IMG/VR virus record: IMGVR_UViG_3300016667_000367
Coordinates: 1-64,000 of that record
Direction: 5' to 3' (one strand)
DNA length: 64,000 nucleotides
DNA from: a virus
Positions 52,301-61,353 of the stretch are shown here, one piece after another. Position numbers and translations under genes: made by a program. A model generated the notes under the pieces. It saw nothing but the letters and a program-made list of their open reading frames with translations. It had not been told where the DNA came from and searched no databases. Each line of letters opens with the position of its first letter. Position 1 is the first letter of the stretch.

Positions 52301-54662
52301 GTAGCTTGTTAATCTCAAGTTGCTTTTTACCAACTTCATCTAGATTCTTAATACGCAGCTTTTCGGTGGCTGAGATCATTTCTGCTTCAGCACTTTGTTT
52401 TTTCTGAATATCAAGGTTTTCTTGCCTACGTAGAGCCTGCCTATTTAGTGACTCAAGAGTTTCTTTCTCTCTCTGAGCAGGTAGCGTGTTATCAAGACCA
52501 AGTGATTCATATATTGCAAGTCTAGTTTGCGCTCTAGCTCTAATACCTAGGGTGTCTTTTTCACCTCTGCTAAACTCTTTAATACTCTTGTAGAATGAAT
52601 CAAATTTATCCTTAAGGTCAATGAATAATTGCTGCAGTGGATGCAGATCTTCTTCAATTCTCTTTGCTTGAGCTGAGTTTGCATCAGCAAGTGCTTTCAT
52701 GGCTACAGCAGCAGCCTCTGCAACTTTACCTTGATTATCAAGTTCAACAGCTAGCTTAACAACTTCTGGTGAAACAAGACCTGTACTCTTGGCTAGTTCT
52801 ACCAGGGACTCAACTGGCTTATCACGCATCTTGGCAAATGCTTTGACAGTATCTTCGATTGCGATACCTGCGTACTTCTGCATGTTTTGAGCAGATACAA
52901 TTACCATGTCCATCTGAGATGATGAGAACCCACCAGCCTTAGCCATCTGAGTAATTGCATCAATTGCAAAACTTGTTGATACGCCGATTGACTCAAGAGA
53001 TTTTGCATACATAACAGCAGTATCTCTTGATATACCTAGTGATGCACCTGAAATTGCAAGAGCCTTGCTTAACTCTGATTCCTGCTTAATTGTCTGAGCA
53101 AATCCAACAGCAAGTGCAGTTAAAGATCCAGCTAATGCAAACAAGCCTGCACCAAGGGCAGCAGACAGTAATTTACCCATAGTGATTGACTTAGCAGATG
53201 TCATTTCAATAATATTAGGAAGACCTGACATCTTAGCAGCAAGACCTGCCGCTGCTTCACCAGCACCAATCAGTGAAGAAATTAGTAGCTGCCCAATAGC
53301 GCCTGCAGTTGCAGCAATACTAGGAATCATTGTCTTAGATGCTTGAACAATAGCATCACCCATCTTCTTACCTTCAACACCGGCTAGGCCAAACTGATCT
53401 CTTAGCTGACCACCTTGCTGTAGCATGATAGTCAACGGGGATTGACCAGTAGCTAGACCTACAAAGATGTCAGTAATCTGAGGTGCAATAGCTCTTGATA
53501 GGTGATCCATTCTTTCATTAAGTTTAGCAGCATCATCAGCCATCTTCTTGATTGGGCTGTGAGATTGCTTCTCAACTAACATCTCTCTGAACTTTGATGT
53601 TCTCTGAGCAACTTCCTCTTGTGACTTACCTAGCTTTTCTAGGTTTGTTCTGTACGCATATAGGGCATTAGCACTTGCTTGAGATAGGCCAGCAGCTAGT
53701 TCTGCATTAGTAAAAGCTAACTTCTTTTCAGTCTCAAGTAGCCTAGCTTCCTGAGCAGCAAGAGACTTAGCAGCAGCTTCTTTCTGCTTGTAGAACTGAA
53801 CAACAGCCTGATCCATTGTAGTATCACGACCTGGGATCTGAAATCCTGATTGACCAGATCTATACATATCAGCCAGTTGTTTAGCTTCAGCAGTCTGTTT
53901 AGCTACACCTTTAGCCCACTCACGCATCCTAGCAGCAGAGGCTGATTGAGCAGCAGCTTCTAGTCTCTCCTGCTCTTTTAGCATTTCAATGCGTTGCTTC
54001 TCTTCAGCAGTAAGTTTATTGACAGCAGCTACTGTGTCAAGATATCTCTTCTGAGAATCAGATAGTAAATCATTAAATCTTTTTAGACCTTCACCAGTTT
54101 TAGGATCAAGACCCATAGCTTCAACCTTACCAGCAGCCTCGGCAGCTAGTCTACTGTATTCACCAAGCTGCTTAGTTGTCAGGACAATACCTTGAGCAGC
54201 TAGGTTAGCTCTCTGTTGCAGCTTCTCAAACTCTTGAGTAATACTTCTTACCCCACCTAGGGAAGCATCGAAAGGATCTTTGTTTAAAGTCTTAATCTTT
54301 TCAAGCAAAGAGATTACAGGTTGAAGTTCTGCACCAAAAGCACCAAGATTTCTCGCTTGGTTAAGAATACTTGCTTCGCCCTTAGTGAAACCAGCAGCCA
54401 TGTCTTTATGACGCTGATCTAGTTTTTCAATAAGCCTTGTAAGAGGATCAATAGTATCAGCAGCCTTCTTAGCTGCAGTAGCTTGACTCTCAACTGCCTT
54501 GTTTGTTTTAGCTACAGCCTTATCAAGATTTGAAGCAGCCTGAGCAGTTTCCTTTAGGGGCTTATTAAGCTGTTGAACAGCAGCACCTAGTTCTTTTACC
54601 TTAATGACAGCATCATCAAGTTGTTCAGTACGAACAATAAATTTTAATTCCTGTAGATCCAT
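49347..54662 (-). CDS. tail tape measure protein (1771 aa)
   Basis: extreme length, coiled-coil and Ala/Gly-rich hydrophobic segments, position between chaperones and fibres. Confidence 0.6.
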   Translation of the reverse strand: MDLQELKFIVRTEQLDDAVIKVKELGAAVQQLNKPLKETAQAASNLDKAVAKTNKAVESQATAAKKAADTIDPLTRLIEKLDQRHKDMAAGFTKGEASILNQARNLGAFGAELQPVISLLEKIKTLNKDPFDASLGGVRSITQEFEKLQQRANLAAQGIVLTTKQLGEYSRLAAEAAGKVEAMGLDPKTGEGLKRFNDLLSDSQKRYLDTVAAVNKLTAEEKQRIEMLKEQERLEAAAQSASAARMREWAKGVAKQTAEAKQLADMYRSGQSGFQIPGRDTTMDQAVVQFYKQKEAAAKSLAAQEARLLETEKKLAFTNAELAAGLSQASANALYAYRTNLEKLGKSQEEVAQRTSKFREMLVEKQSHSPIKKMADDAAKLNERMDHLSRAIAPQITDIFVGLATGQSPLTIMLQQGGQLRDQFGLAGVEGKKMGDAIVQASKTMIPSIAATAGAIGQLLISSLIGAGEAAAGLAAKMSGLPNIIEMTSAKSITMGKLLSAALGAGLFALAGSLTALAVGFAQTIKQESELSKALAISGASLGISRDTAVMYAKSLESIGVSTSFAIDAITQMAKAGGFSSSQMDMVIVSAQNMQKYAGIAIEDTVKAFAKMRDKPVESLVELAKSTGLVSPEVVKLAVELDNQGKVAEAAAVAMKALADANSAQAKRIEEDLHPLQQLFIDLKDKFDSFYKSIKEFSRGEKDTLGIRARAQTRLAIYESLGLDNTLPAQREKETLESLNRQALRRQENLDIQKKQSAEAEMISATEKLRIKNLDEVGKKQLEINKLRNELSDIEIQYGKNSEYAKVRRDAILKIEKDILDIQNKKTKIQRVVSIDNTALANLNSLYSAEMKTIEANNKATLSLNQLYYDLGLKTRAEYIQDSTSISNQFEKNQIDRTKQYIDDLVKLEQDKIARITAERDKQIARSPSDAGALRDTYQKEVDKAKAEYEGKRAVATESLAKIEAEANQRVTESYKVLVKIVNDSKNAYDEFTKSQEDSIAKRREQLALEQQVIAMHPQDAAGLRAKTEAMNQMIPIISKLEKALSDLDIEFRVMESSKSFADMEQLIALSEARANARKNLKDARAKSEEYADKARIDAETSYYLSEYKKVASEISDVMFMALTGRGADAGKKLRDMIKAKLMEPITIMINAVVNQVFGGAIESLLSAAGINLPAGSKSGSVNVGNLVNAASTAKTAYSAVTTGFGSIGSTASSYFDKFAMSKYGQQLGLSSTSTVSVPVTEISTSASGATTSSTTNIASQQTSLTDIGQSISSAASKAAIAVAATVVGNFLYKKISGGYSINKGMESINKMAIAAANLIPGIGPIASLAVGITQGIQNRLYGRKLKEVGVMGTFGPEGFEGSRYKFEKGGILRSDKTTKSALDTQTKNFFSTAFAVTKYEVQKFTDYLGVGAKELENFTYKMRINLKGLSDKQITEKLQKEFDKVKEAMAAAVLQGKDYSKENETSFDTLKRLATTLQTVNGYFKDLGVAILGTGYDAVDAALNFTEYFGGVDKFGSRMASFYDKFFTETEKTDNLTRNLGDAFTALGLEMPKTKAAFREMVLTAIKAGDPALTNNLLDLQDSFLLLNDSADKAAEKMKELVSSIVDEVNRLRGEILGDAATSGGLQGLMAEFATATAQARAGDTTALERLPELSKLVEEATIAGATSASDVVFARAWLAQSLQDTSGVIQGTPVVTTPDVVTPTMTEGSAGTTISSATSSQTDLIAALISEIQGLRAEVRADVSANTKTSKILERVNQNGDRLSVTTVA

Positions 54663-54808
54663 AGCTACCCTTTATTGTATTTTATAAATATAAATCCCAT
54701 AAAAATTAAATGGTATTTATTGCTCCTTGATCATCTCGCTTTGTTTATTTTGTCTCTATGGACTTCTATAATCCATACGGACAAAAGCCCTCACGATGAG
54801 GGCTAGTG

Positions 54809-55009
54809 TTATTTCTTATTTTTCTTTTTATCAGCATCTGACTTTGACTTCTCAGCGTAAATACTCATAACTACGTTATCGAAGTGAACTAGGATTTCAA
54901 CATCCCAAGGTTGAGGCATTACACCTTGCAATTCATAGTAAGCGAGTATTTCACTGAACTGCAATGGATTAACACCAAAACCATTACTTGCTCTTCTTGA
55001 GTTAAGCAT
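54809..55009 (-). CDS. C-terminal 'T' portion of the tail assembly chaperone; its frame is open upstream to the stop of 55188..55598 (probable +1 frameshift fusion)
   Basis: +1 frame open from 55207 through 54809 with no stop. Confidence 0.4.
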   Translation of the reverse strand: MLNSRRASNGFGVNPLQFSEILAYYELQGVMPQPWDVEILVHFDNVVMSIYAEKSKSDADKKKNKK

Positions 55010-55187
55010 TAGGAAGTCATGCCAAACGAAGCTAAAACTTTCAGGTAGTTCAAGGAAGTTATCAAGTTCCTTAGGTCTTATACCTGTCTGTTTCTCAACA
55101 GCTTCTAGCTTCGCTCTTTCACTATTTGGGTCGTCCTTAGACCCCTTAGTAAATTCCTGCCTTACGTATTCCAGTGCCCTATCTAGA

Positions 55188-55598
55188 TCACTTCGGTTGA
55201 AAGTTGGTTAGATCAGCGGCTTCTGCCATCACTGCCTCGCGTACCCATGAATGCTGAGTCAGGACTTCACGAGCCTTCTCCTTGCTGAATGGAACATCCT
55301 TACCACCCTCTTGGATACCAGTCCAATTGATTAGGCGAATCAGGGCAGCTTCAACAGCTAGATCTTCGGCTTCATCCAGGCTTAGATCATCTACTTCCTT
55401 ACCCTTGCGCTTTGCGATACTCTGCTTCATCTGGTACTCAGAGAACTTCTTACGTGAGTAAGCCTTAACAGTTGGTGACATATCACCGATAACGGTTAGC
55501 TTTGCACCGGAGGGTTCACCAGTAGGTAGCTTTAGTTCAAAGGTAAAACCTGCTTCTGCAGCCTTATTAAAGTCCTGCTTAACTAGATCAAATGCCAT
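55188..55598 (-). CDS. tail assembly chaperone (G-like)
   Basis: size and position immediately upstream of tape measure. Confidence 0.45.
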   Translation of the reverse strand: MAFDLVKQDFNKAAEAGFTFELKLPTGEPSGAKLTVIGDMSPTVKAYSRKKFSEYQMKQSIAKRKGKEVDDLSLDEAEDLAVEAALIRLINWTGIQEGGKDVPFSKEKAREVLTQHSWVREAVMAEAADLTNFQPK

Positions 55599-55726
55599 AA
55601 TATTTCCTTTCGTTTCAGGTAGTACTCAGTACACCTTAGTCTTAACTTGTTAACAAATTCATATCACCTGCTTTAGCAGATAAATGTAGTTTAGCATATT
55701 GAAACTTTCTTTACAAGATAGGTAAA

Positions 55727-55763
55727 TAAAAAAAAAAAATCCCTGCGCTAAGGCAGGGATTTA
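55727..55763 (-). terminator. rho-independent terminator after the major tail gene (aaatccctgc-gctaag-gcagggattt plus T-run on minus)
   Basis: read directly. Confidence 0.55.
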
Positions 55764-55849
55764 ATTGGTCTAATTCTAGCTCACGGCTGCTAAACCACTT
55801 CTTCGTAATAATAAATCTGGTTAATGAAATCCAGAATTAGACTTGGCCC

Positions 55850-57055
55850 TCAGGCGCCTGAATCTTGAATCATGATGGTGGTACGCTCTGAAGCAGTACC
55901 TGCACCACCAGCTGAGTTCAGTAGAGCTTGGAAGTTATGTGAAGAAACGATACCCTGCTCACCGTCATCGCGTGTATTGCTGTTGATCTTGATGCGTGGT
56001 AGGGTGATGCTGATGAAGTCAGCGTTAGCTGCATTGCTTGTTGTAATAGCAATAACTAGTGATGCTTCTGATTCATTGTTGTATAGATCACGGATGGTGC
56101 CATCTTGGAAGTAAGCTGAGAAAGAACCATCAACTAGGATGCGACCTTCAAACATTTCAGCAATATTGTTGCTACCGATAACGGTTGCATTCTGCATATT
56201 GCGGTTTAGGTTGATGGTAGCGTCAGTGATAACAGCGACAGGTGAACCATTGATTAGTAGAACACCATTAACAGCAGCAAAGATACCAGTGGTGGTCTGA
56301 GCAGTAGGAGCAGTGAAGTAAGCAGTTGAACCAGTCTGAGCTAGATCCTTACCCATGAAACCGAATTCAGTAGTAACTAGACCAGTTGAAGGAATACTTA
56401 CTGAAGCAGTATTGACCTTGCAGCCTGAGAAGACTTCTGACTGAGGAACATCTGAGTACCACTCTTCAACAGTGAAGGAATCATCAGTGTGACCAGTGAT
56501 AGGAGCAAATGTCTTCTTACCTGGGAAGGAGATATCAACAGCAGCTGCAGTACCAACAGCAGTTAGATCAGTACCGTTTAGTGTACGAACACCTAGGGTT
56601 AGAGCTACGACTGAAGTAACTAGTAGGTTGCGGTTTGAGTTAGCAGTTGCGCTTAGACGAATAACATCACCAACCTTGATACCGTCAGTTAGGAAGCTAC
56701 CAGTTGTACGAACGATAGTACCAGCACCACTACCTGAAGTTGTAATGGTAACGCTTGCACCTGAGATTGTAGTGACAGTAGCGAAGTTCTTAGCTACAGC
56801 AGCAGCCATGAAATCAGCATAAGTACCGGGTGATAGTTCAGCACTTAGAGTACCTGAAGCACTACGGACACCGTGACGCATATCCTGCATCTGGTAGTCA
56901 GTACGGATTTCGTTTGACTGATAAGTTTCCTTGTCTAGGTTAAAGTTTGCGGTGACTCGACGTAGAATAGTACCGGCAGAACTACCAGCTAGCGTACCCC
57001 AAGTAGTTTCTTTCTTATATCGTACTTGCTTATTAAGACCTGTTGCAATAGGCAT
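55850..57055 (-). CDS. major tail protein (401 aa)
   Basis: position between connector genes and chaperones; followed by terminator. Confidence 0.4.
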   Translation of the reverse strand: MPIATGLNKQVRYKKETTWGTLAGSSAGTILRRVTANFNLDKETYQSNEIRTDYQMQDMRHGVRSASGTLSAELSPGTYADFMAAAVAKNFATVTTISGASVTITTSGSGAGTIVRTTGSFLTDGIKVGDVIRLSATANSNRNLLVTSVVALTLGVRTLNGTDLTAVGTAAAVDISFPGKKTFAPITGHTDDSFTVEEWYSDVPQSEVFSGCKVNTASVSIPSTGLVTTEFGFMGKDLAQTGSTAYFTAPTAQTTTGIFAAVNGVLLINGSPVAVITDATINLNRNMQNATVIGSNNIAEMFEGRILVDGSFSAYFQDGTIRDLYNNESEASLVIAITTSNAANADFISITLPRIKINSNTRDDGEQGIVSSHNFQALLNSAGGAGTASERTTIMIQDSGA

Positions 57056-57135
57056 ATGTTTTCTCCAATTAATTAAATTTCATTTGCAAATGATTTGGGA
57101 ATGATCTTGGATTTTCATCCCATGATTAGTCATGC

Positions 57136-57540
57136 TTAGGAATAAACTTCAGCGACCAATTCGATTAAGATAGGAACTACTATCCTATCTTGACTTACTG
57201 AAGCACCAACTACTTGAGGTGTTCTTAGGACATGAATCCTAATACCGCTTTCAAGGAAGGTTGTTCCCTTCTTGAAATGATTCCTAATAAGTTCAGCATG
57301 AGCAATAGCTTCAGCAGTACCTTTGTTTACAGGGGCGCACACGAATACTTGGAAACTTGCAATCTCTCTGTGAAATCCAGCACCAAGTACAGGGTCTTGC
57401 ACCGATCTAGGAACAAACTGAACTCTCTGGTAGATCGTAGTAGGAGGTGTCATTGAAACACCCTCCCATGCTGTAGGAATACTCGGTGATAAGTTATTAA
57501 GGTGTCTCTCTGCCGCTCTCTTGATTTCTAATATAGCCAT
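57136..57540 (-). CDS. tail completion / tail terminator-like protein (134 aa)
   Basis: gene order only. Confidence 0.35.
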   Translation of the reverse strand: MAILEIKRAAERHLNNLSPSIPTAWEGVSMTPPTTIYQRVQFVPRSVQDPVLGAGFHREIASFQVFVCAPVNKGTAEAIAHAELIRNHFKKGTTFLESGIRIHVLRTPQVVGASVSQDRIVVPILIELVAEVYS

Positions 57541-57549
57541 GTAAATCCT

Positions 57550-58026
57550 TTAGCTTTGTTTGTAGTAATCATCAAGATTGTATTGGTAGATATTCATTAT
57601 CTGATCTATGACTGGTTGCATGATACCTTCACCTTGAGTCTGAGGTGAATGATTGCTCTCAAGCATCCTAATATATGGTGTAGCGTTACCTAGATAGTAA
57701 GTCTCACCTAGCTTGTAGAATGAATTCATGTATCTACCAGCATCTGAGTAAGGTAATGACTGATCAGTTGAGTAAATAGGATAGAAGTCATCCGCTTCAT
57801 TGATATTCCAGTTAGCTCTTGACATACCAGCTTCCTGAGGAAGTGGAGCTTCTCTTCGATCATAGAAGCTTCTGAAAAGCACATCATTACCTATCGGAGT
57901 TTTCTCAACAGCAACCTCTGTAAAGTTAAGAGTAAACTTCTTAACCATACCGAGCAGCTTTCTCTGAATTTCTACTTCAGCGTCACTCAGTGATTTCTCC
58001 AGCTTTGAAGTATCTACTTCAATCAT
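57550..58026 (-). CDS. head-tail joining protein (158 aa)
   Basis: gene order only. Confidence 0.35.
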   Translation of the reverse strand: MIEVDTSKLEKSLSDAEVEIQRKLLGMVKKFTLNFTEVAVEKTPIGNDVLFRSFYDRREAPLPQEAGMSRANWNINEADDFYPIYSTDQSLPYSDAGRYMNSFYKLGETYYLGNATPYIRMLESNHSPQTQGEGIMQPVIDQIMNIYQYNLDDYYKQS

Positions 58027-58028
58027 GA

Positions 58029-58385
58029 TTAACCCTTGAGAGCAATGATTCTATAAAGCACAACCTGACCTAGGGCAGCATGTTCTTGAATACTATCCAC
58101 TACGTAGGTTACTCCTGAATAGACAATCTTATCTCTTACAGCAGGAGTAAACGCTAGGCTATTATTTGCTAGGTAAAACATAGCAGCATCCTTACCTACA
58201 AGATCAGGATAGCTGTATTGGCTAGCTTTGATATGCTTCTTATACACTGTTACTGAATAAGTAGTTTCTGAATTAACAGAGCTACCAGTCTCTACGTTAT
58301 AAGCACCTTCTTGAACTTGGATAAAGCTGCAAGCAATACCGTTATCTAGGATGAATTTAGTTGTTGTCTGCAAGAACTGATTCAT
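58029..58385 (-). CDS. head closure / neck protein (118 aa)
   Basis: gene order only. Confidence 0.35.
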   Translation of the reverse strand: MNQFLQTTTKFILDNGIACSFIQVQEGAYNVETGSSVNSETTYSVTVYKKHIKASQYSYPDLVGKDAAMFYLANNSLAFTPAVRDKIVYSGVTYVVDSIQEHAALGQVVLYRIIALKG

Positions 58386-58394
58386 ACCTGATCC

Positions 58395-58817
58395 TTAGAC
58401 TTCAAATGGACTACTTGGGGTATTGTCGTAATCAAAAGGTGATTCAGATGGAGGTACTGGAATTACGTTATCAGGATTTGAATCATTAGCCTGCATATCT
58501 TCCTTGGAGATACCACCAGCCCATCCGTTAAGGTTCATTAGGACATTGTTGAGGTTGGGATCCTTGATGTACAGCTTTAGAGCATCGGCATATGCCTTAG
58601 CAGAACCAGAAGAACGAATACTGAAGATATCGACAGTACTATCTGACCGCATACTTAGGTTGAACAGGATGATTCTAGCTGCTTCAACTGATGCTCTGTT
58701 TACGTTATTTGAATTCTTATCTAGAAGATATTGAATCTCTTCATCAGAGATAATGTAAAGCCCCGGAGTATTATCCTGAACTAAGAGCCTTACTTGTTGG
58801 ATTAGGGTTAGTGCCAT
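58395..58817 (-). CDS. head-tail adaptor (140 aa)
   Basis: gene order only. Confidence 0.35.
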   Translation of the reverse strand: MALTLIQQVRLLVQDNTPGLYIISDEEIQYLLDKNSNNVNRASVEAARIILFNLSMRSDSTVDIFSIRSSGSAKAYADALKLYIKDPNLNNVLMNLNGWAGGISKEDMQANDSNPDNVIPVPPSESPFDYDNTPSSPFEV

Positions 58818-58883
58818 AGTACTCCTTGTTATTATATTTAAACCTTTAGGAAAGATACTCCAAGGAATATCTTTCGTGAAGGG

Positions 58884-59735
58884 TTATGTTCCGTGTCTCT
58901 CGGTGTAACCTGCACCTTGAGCATTGAGTTCTTCTATCTTTTGCTTACGCCATTCGCAAGCTAGACGGAAGGCTTCTTGTTCGCCGTATTTGGATACAAA
59001 GAATTCTTTAGATACGTTTTTACCGTTTAGCTTGTAGATTGCTGTGTATATTCTGTAAGACCTAGTACCCTTGTTTTTTATTTTAAAAGTAACTCCAACA
59101 ACACCAAGAGGGTTAGCAGAAGACTTTGACATATTTCTAGAGTTCTGTTCCTGAGTAATTGCCCTAAGATTTTCTATCTTATTATTTAATGCATTACCAT
59201 CTATATGGTCAACTACGAGATTACTTGGAAGTTCATTAAACATGGAGTATACAATTCTGTGAATATAATACCTTTTATCATCTACAACAACCCTCCAGCA
59301 TTTGTGTTTACCGCATTCAGAGACTTTTACAGAACCGACTAAAGTACCAGCTTTATTGTAAACTCTTCCGTTAGAACCTATATTATCGTTTTTCCATATT
59401 AATCCAGAAGGGCTATCTTCGCTGTACTGAAATAGCTCACTGAAATCAGGTATTTGTTTTACAGGTCTAGGTATTGATTGATTTGTTAAATTTTCTATAT
59501 TCTCAGAAATTAATTTTATTTCAAGACTCAGGGCATCATCTTCAGAAAGATTATCTTTTATTATATCTGAATACCACTTATTATCTTTTGTAAACTCATG
59601 CCAACTTTTAGGTCTGAATTGTTTTGAATCTTTTCTTTTGTTCTTTCCTTTTCCAATATAGAAAAGTATGTTATCACTTTGCCTGTAGTGTCCGTAGACA
59701 TAATAATCATTCATAGCTTCTCCCGAAACTTCCAC
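58884..59735 (-). CDS. composite homing endonuclease: N-terminal GIY-YIG, central HNH, C-terminal AP2 domain
   Basis: YYVYGHYRQSDNILFYIGKGK; VVDHIDGNALNNKIENLRAITQEQNSRN; AP2-like GVVGVTFKIK...YRIYTAIYKLNGKNVSKEF. Confidence 0.65.
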   Translation of the reverse strand: MEVSGEAMNDYYVYGHYRQSDNILFYIGKGKNKRKDSKQFRPKSWHEFTKDNKWYSDIIKDNLSEDDALSLEIKLISENIENLTNQSIPRPVKQIPDFSELFQYSEDSPSGLIWKNDNIGSNGRVYNKAGTLVGSVKVSECGKHKCWRVVVDDKRYYIHRIVYSMFNELPSNLVVDHIDGNALNNKIENLRAITQEQNSRNMSKSSANPLGVVGVTFKIKNKGTRSYRIYTAIYKLNGKNVSKEFFVSKYGEQEAFRLACEWRKQKIEELNAQGAGYTERHGT

Positions 59736-59833
59736 TAAGAACAGACAGCAGGATCGGTGGATAGTCGATCTTTTCGGGAGCTACCCTAGCTGTTGTTTTC
59801 TAACGAAACATTCTACTACAAAAATGCTTTGTT

Positions 59834-59853
59834 AGAAAGCCCCGAAGGGCTTT
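59834..59853 (-). terminator. stable hairpin gaaagcccc-gaag-gggctttc right after the major capsid gene
   Basis: read directly. Confidence 0.45.
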
Positions 59854-59866
59854 CGTTACTCAATGA

Positions 59867-60883
59867 TTAGTTTGAGGTATACAGACGACAGATTGCCTGT
59901 GGACGACGAACTAGGTTGAGGAAGTTGGACTCGGATTCGATAGTGATTTCGCTATCGTTAGGGCTTCTGTAAGTGAATACATAAGCGGGTTCACCAAGAG
60001 TGTTAACATAGCTAAACTTGTTAGCTGGTGAGAAGTAAGTCATGAAGACATCAGCAGTGCCAGTGGGTAGTAGGTAAGCATCGCCGGATGGGATTAGAGC
60101 TTGACCGTTGTAGCTACCGCGATATTCGATAAATTCGATACCACCAAACTGGAAACGACGATATAGACCTGCACCTAGACGGTTACGTAGTGGCTCTTGG
60201 GTGCTGGAGTAATAACGATAAGCATCCTTGATTGTAGCATGGTTAATCAGCTTGGCAAAGAAAGCAGGTGAACATAGTGCAACCATACCGCCAACGACTT
60301 CACCTGACTGAATGTTGTCCTGAATTGCTGCAATACCTTGCTCTGACTTACCTAGAACATCAGTGGTTGAAGTGCTTAGTAGGAAGTCAATCTCAGTACG
60401 AGCGATACCCATGTCGCTGTAAAAATTGCCAGCAACTGTACCACTTGGGGCATAAATGGTTCCTGTGGTGATTGCATGAGCACGAGCAGCTTCTAGAGTA
60501 ATAGCGTGATTACGACGAATGCGCTCTAGCTTACGAGCGATAACGGCAGCTTCAGTTTCAGCAGCATCTGCAGAGCCAAATGCACGCTTACCTACGACAT
60601 CTTCAGGCTTGATTGCATCATCAAGTGGGAAGTGAGGAATAGCGTAGCTACGTAGAGTGCGGGTATCATCCTTATTAACTAGATTACGAGCGCCGCGAAC
60701 TTGGTCAGTAATTAGACCTAGAGTACCATTGCGTGATTCAACGGTAACGGTGTGTTGAGCAACACCTTCTTCACGGAATAGACCTAGTTCATTAATTAGG
60801 CCCCAGGTTGACGGTACTAGTAGTAGTTCTTGGGTGTAGTCAGTAACCTCAAAGGCATTGCTGAATGAGCGGGTAATAGCCAT
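59867..60883 (-). CDS. major capsid protein (HK97-fold-like, 338 aa)
   Basis: size, position after scaffold/decoration genes, strong downstream hairpin. Confidence 0.55.
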   Translation of the reverse strand: MAITRSFSNAFEVTDYTQELLLVPSTWGLINELGLFREEGVAQHTVTVESRNGTLGLITDQVRGARNLVNKDDTRTLRSYAIPHFPLDDAIKPEDVVGKRAFGSADAAETEAAVIARKLERIRRNHAITLEAARAHAITTGTIYAPSGTVAGNFYSDMGIARTEIDFLLSTSTTDVLGKSEQGIAAIQDNIQSGEVVGGMVALCSPAFFAKLINHATIKDAYRYYSSTQEPLRNRLGAGLYRRFQFGGIEFIEYRGSYNGQALIPSGDAYLLPTGTADVFMTYFSPANKFSYVNTLGEPAYVFTYRSPNDSEITIESESNFLNLVRRPQAICRLYTSN

Positions 60884-60928
60884 AGTATTTATTCCTTAAT
60901 AATAGTTATTCTTAAATCAAATCAACGA

Positions 60929-61327
60929 TTAAACTGCATCGTTAACTTGGACACCCTTGGCTTCTAGAGCAGTGTAAACTGCAGCCTTCTTGGCATCATC
61001 ATTGTAGGTGCTGTCTAGGACTAGACCAGACTTAGAAACAATGGCTGGACCCTTGACGAGAACTAGAACCTTAGTGTCGGTTGAAGCAGCTACAGAGACT
61101 TCTTGCATAACGATAGCGTCAGCCACTTGTGAACCATCAACTGCTGATTGAACAGCAATCTTGTACTTACCAGTAGCAGTTACCTTACCTAGAACAGTAC
61201 CGGGAACGTAGGACTTAGCAGCAGCTTCGTTTACGGTTACAACTAGACGGTTGTAAGCTAGATCAGGCCAAAGTTCCTTCTTAACTACGTTAGATAGGCG
61301 AGCGTTTTCAGTGCTAATTACGGGCAT
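60929..61327 (-). CDS. head decoration / auxiliary capsid protein (132 aa)
   Basis: position between scaffold and capsid. Confidence 0.35.
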   Translation of the reverse strand: MPVISTENARLSNVVKKELWPDLAYNRLVVTVNEAAAKSYVPGTVLGKVTATGKYKIAVQSAVDGSQVADAIVMQEVSVAASTDTKVLVLVKGPAIVSKSGLVLDSTYNDDAKKAAVYTALEAKGVQVNDAV

Positions 61328-61353
61328 ATTTTTCTCCTAAAAGATTTATTAAA

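Noticed and set aside
49347-54662. 1771-aa protein as an ejection/core protein of a podovirus or an RNAP
   Set aside because: No polymerase or transglycosylase motifs; flanked by chaperone pair and fibre genes, so a tape measure fits best.
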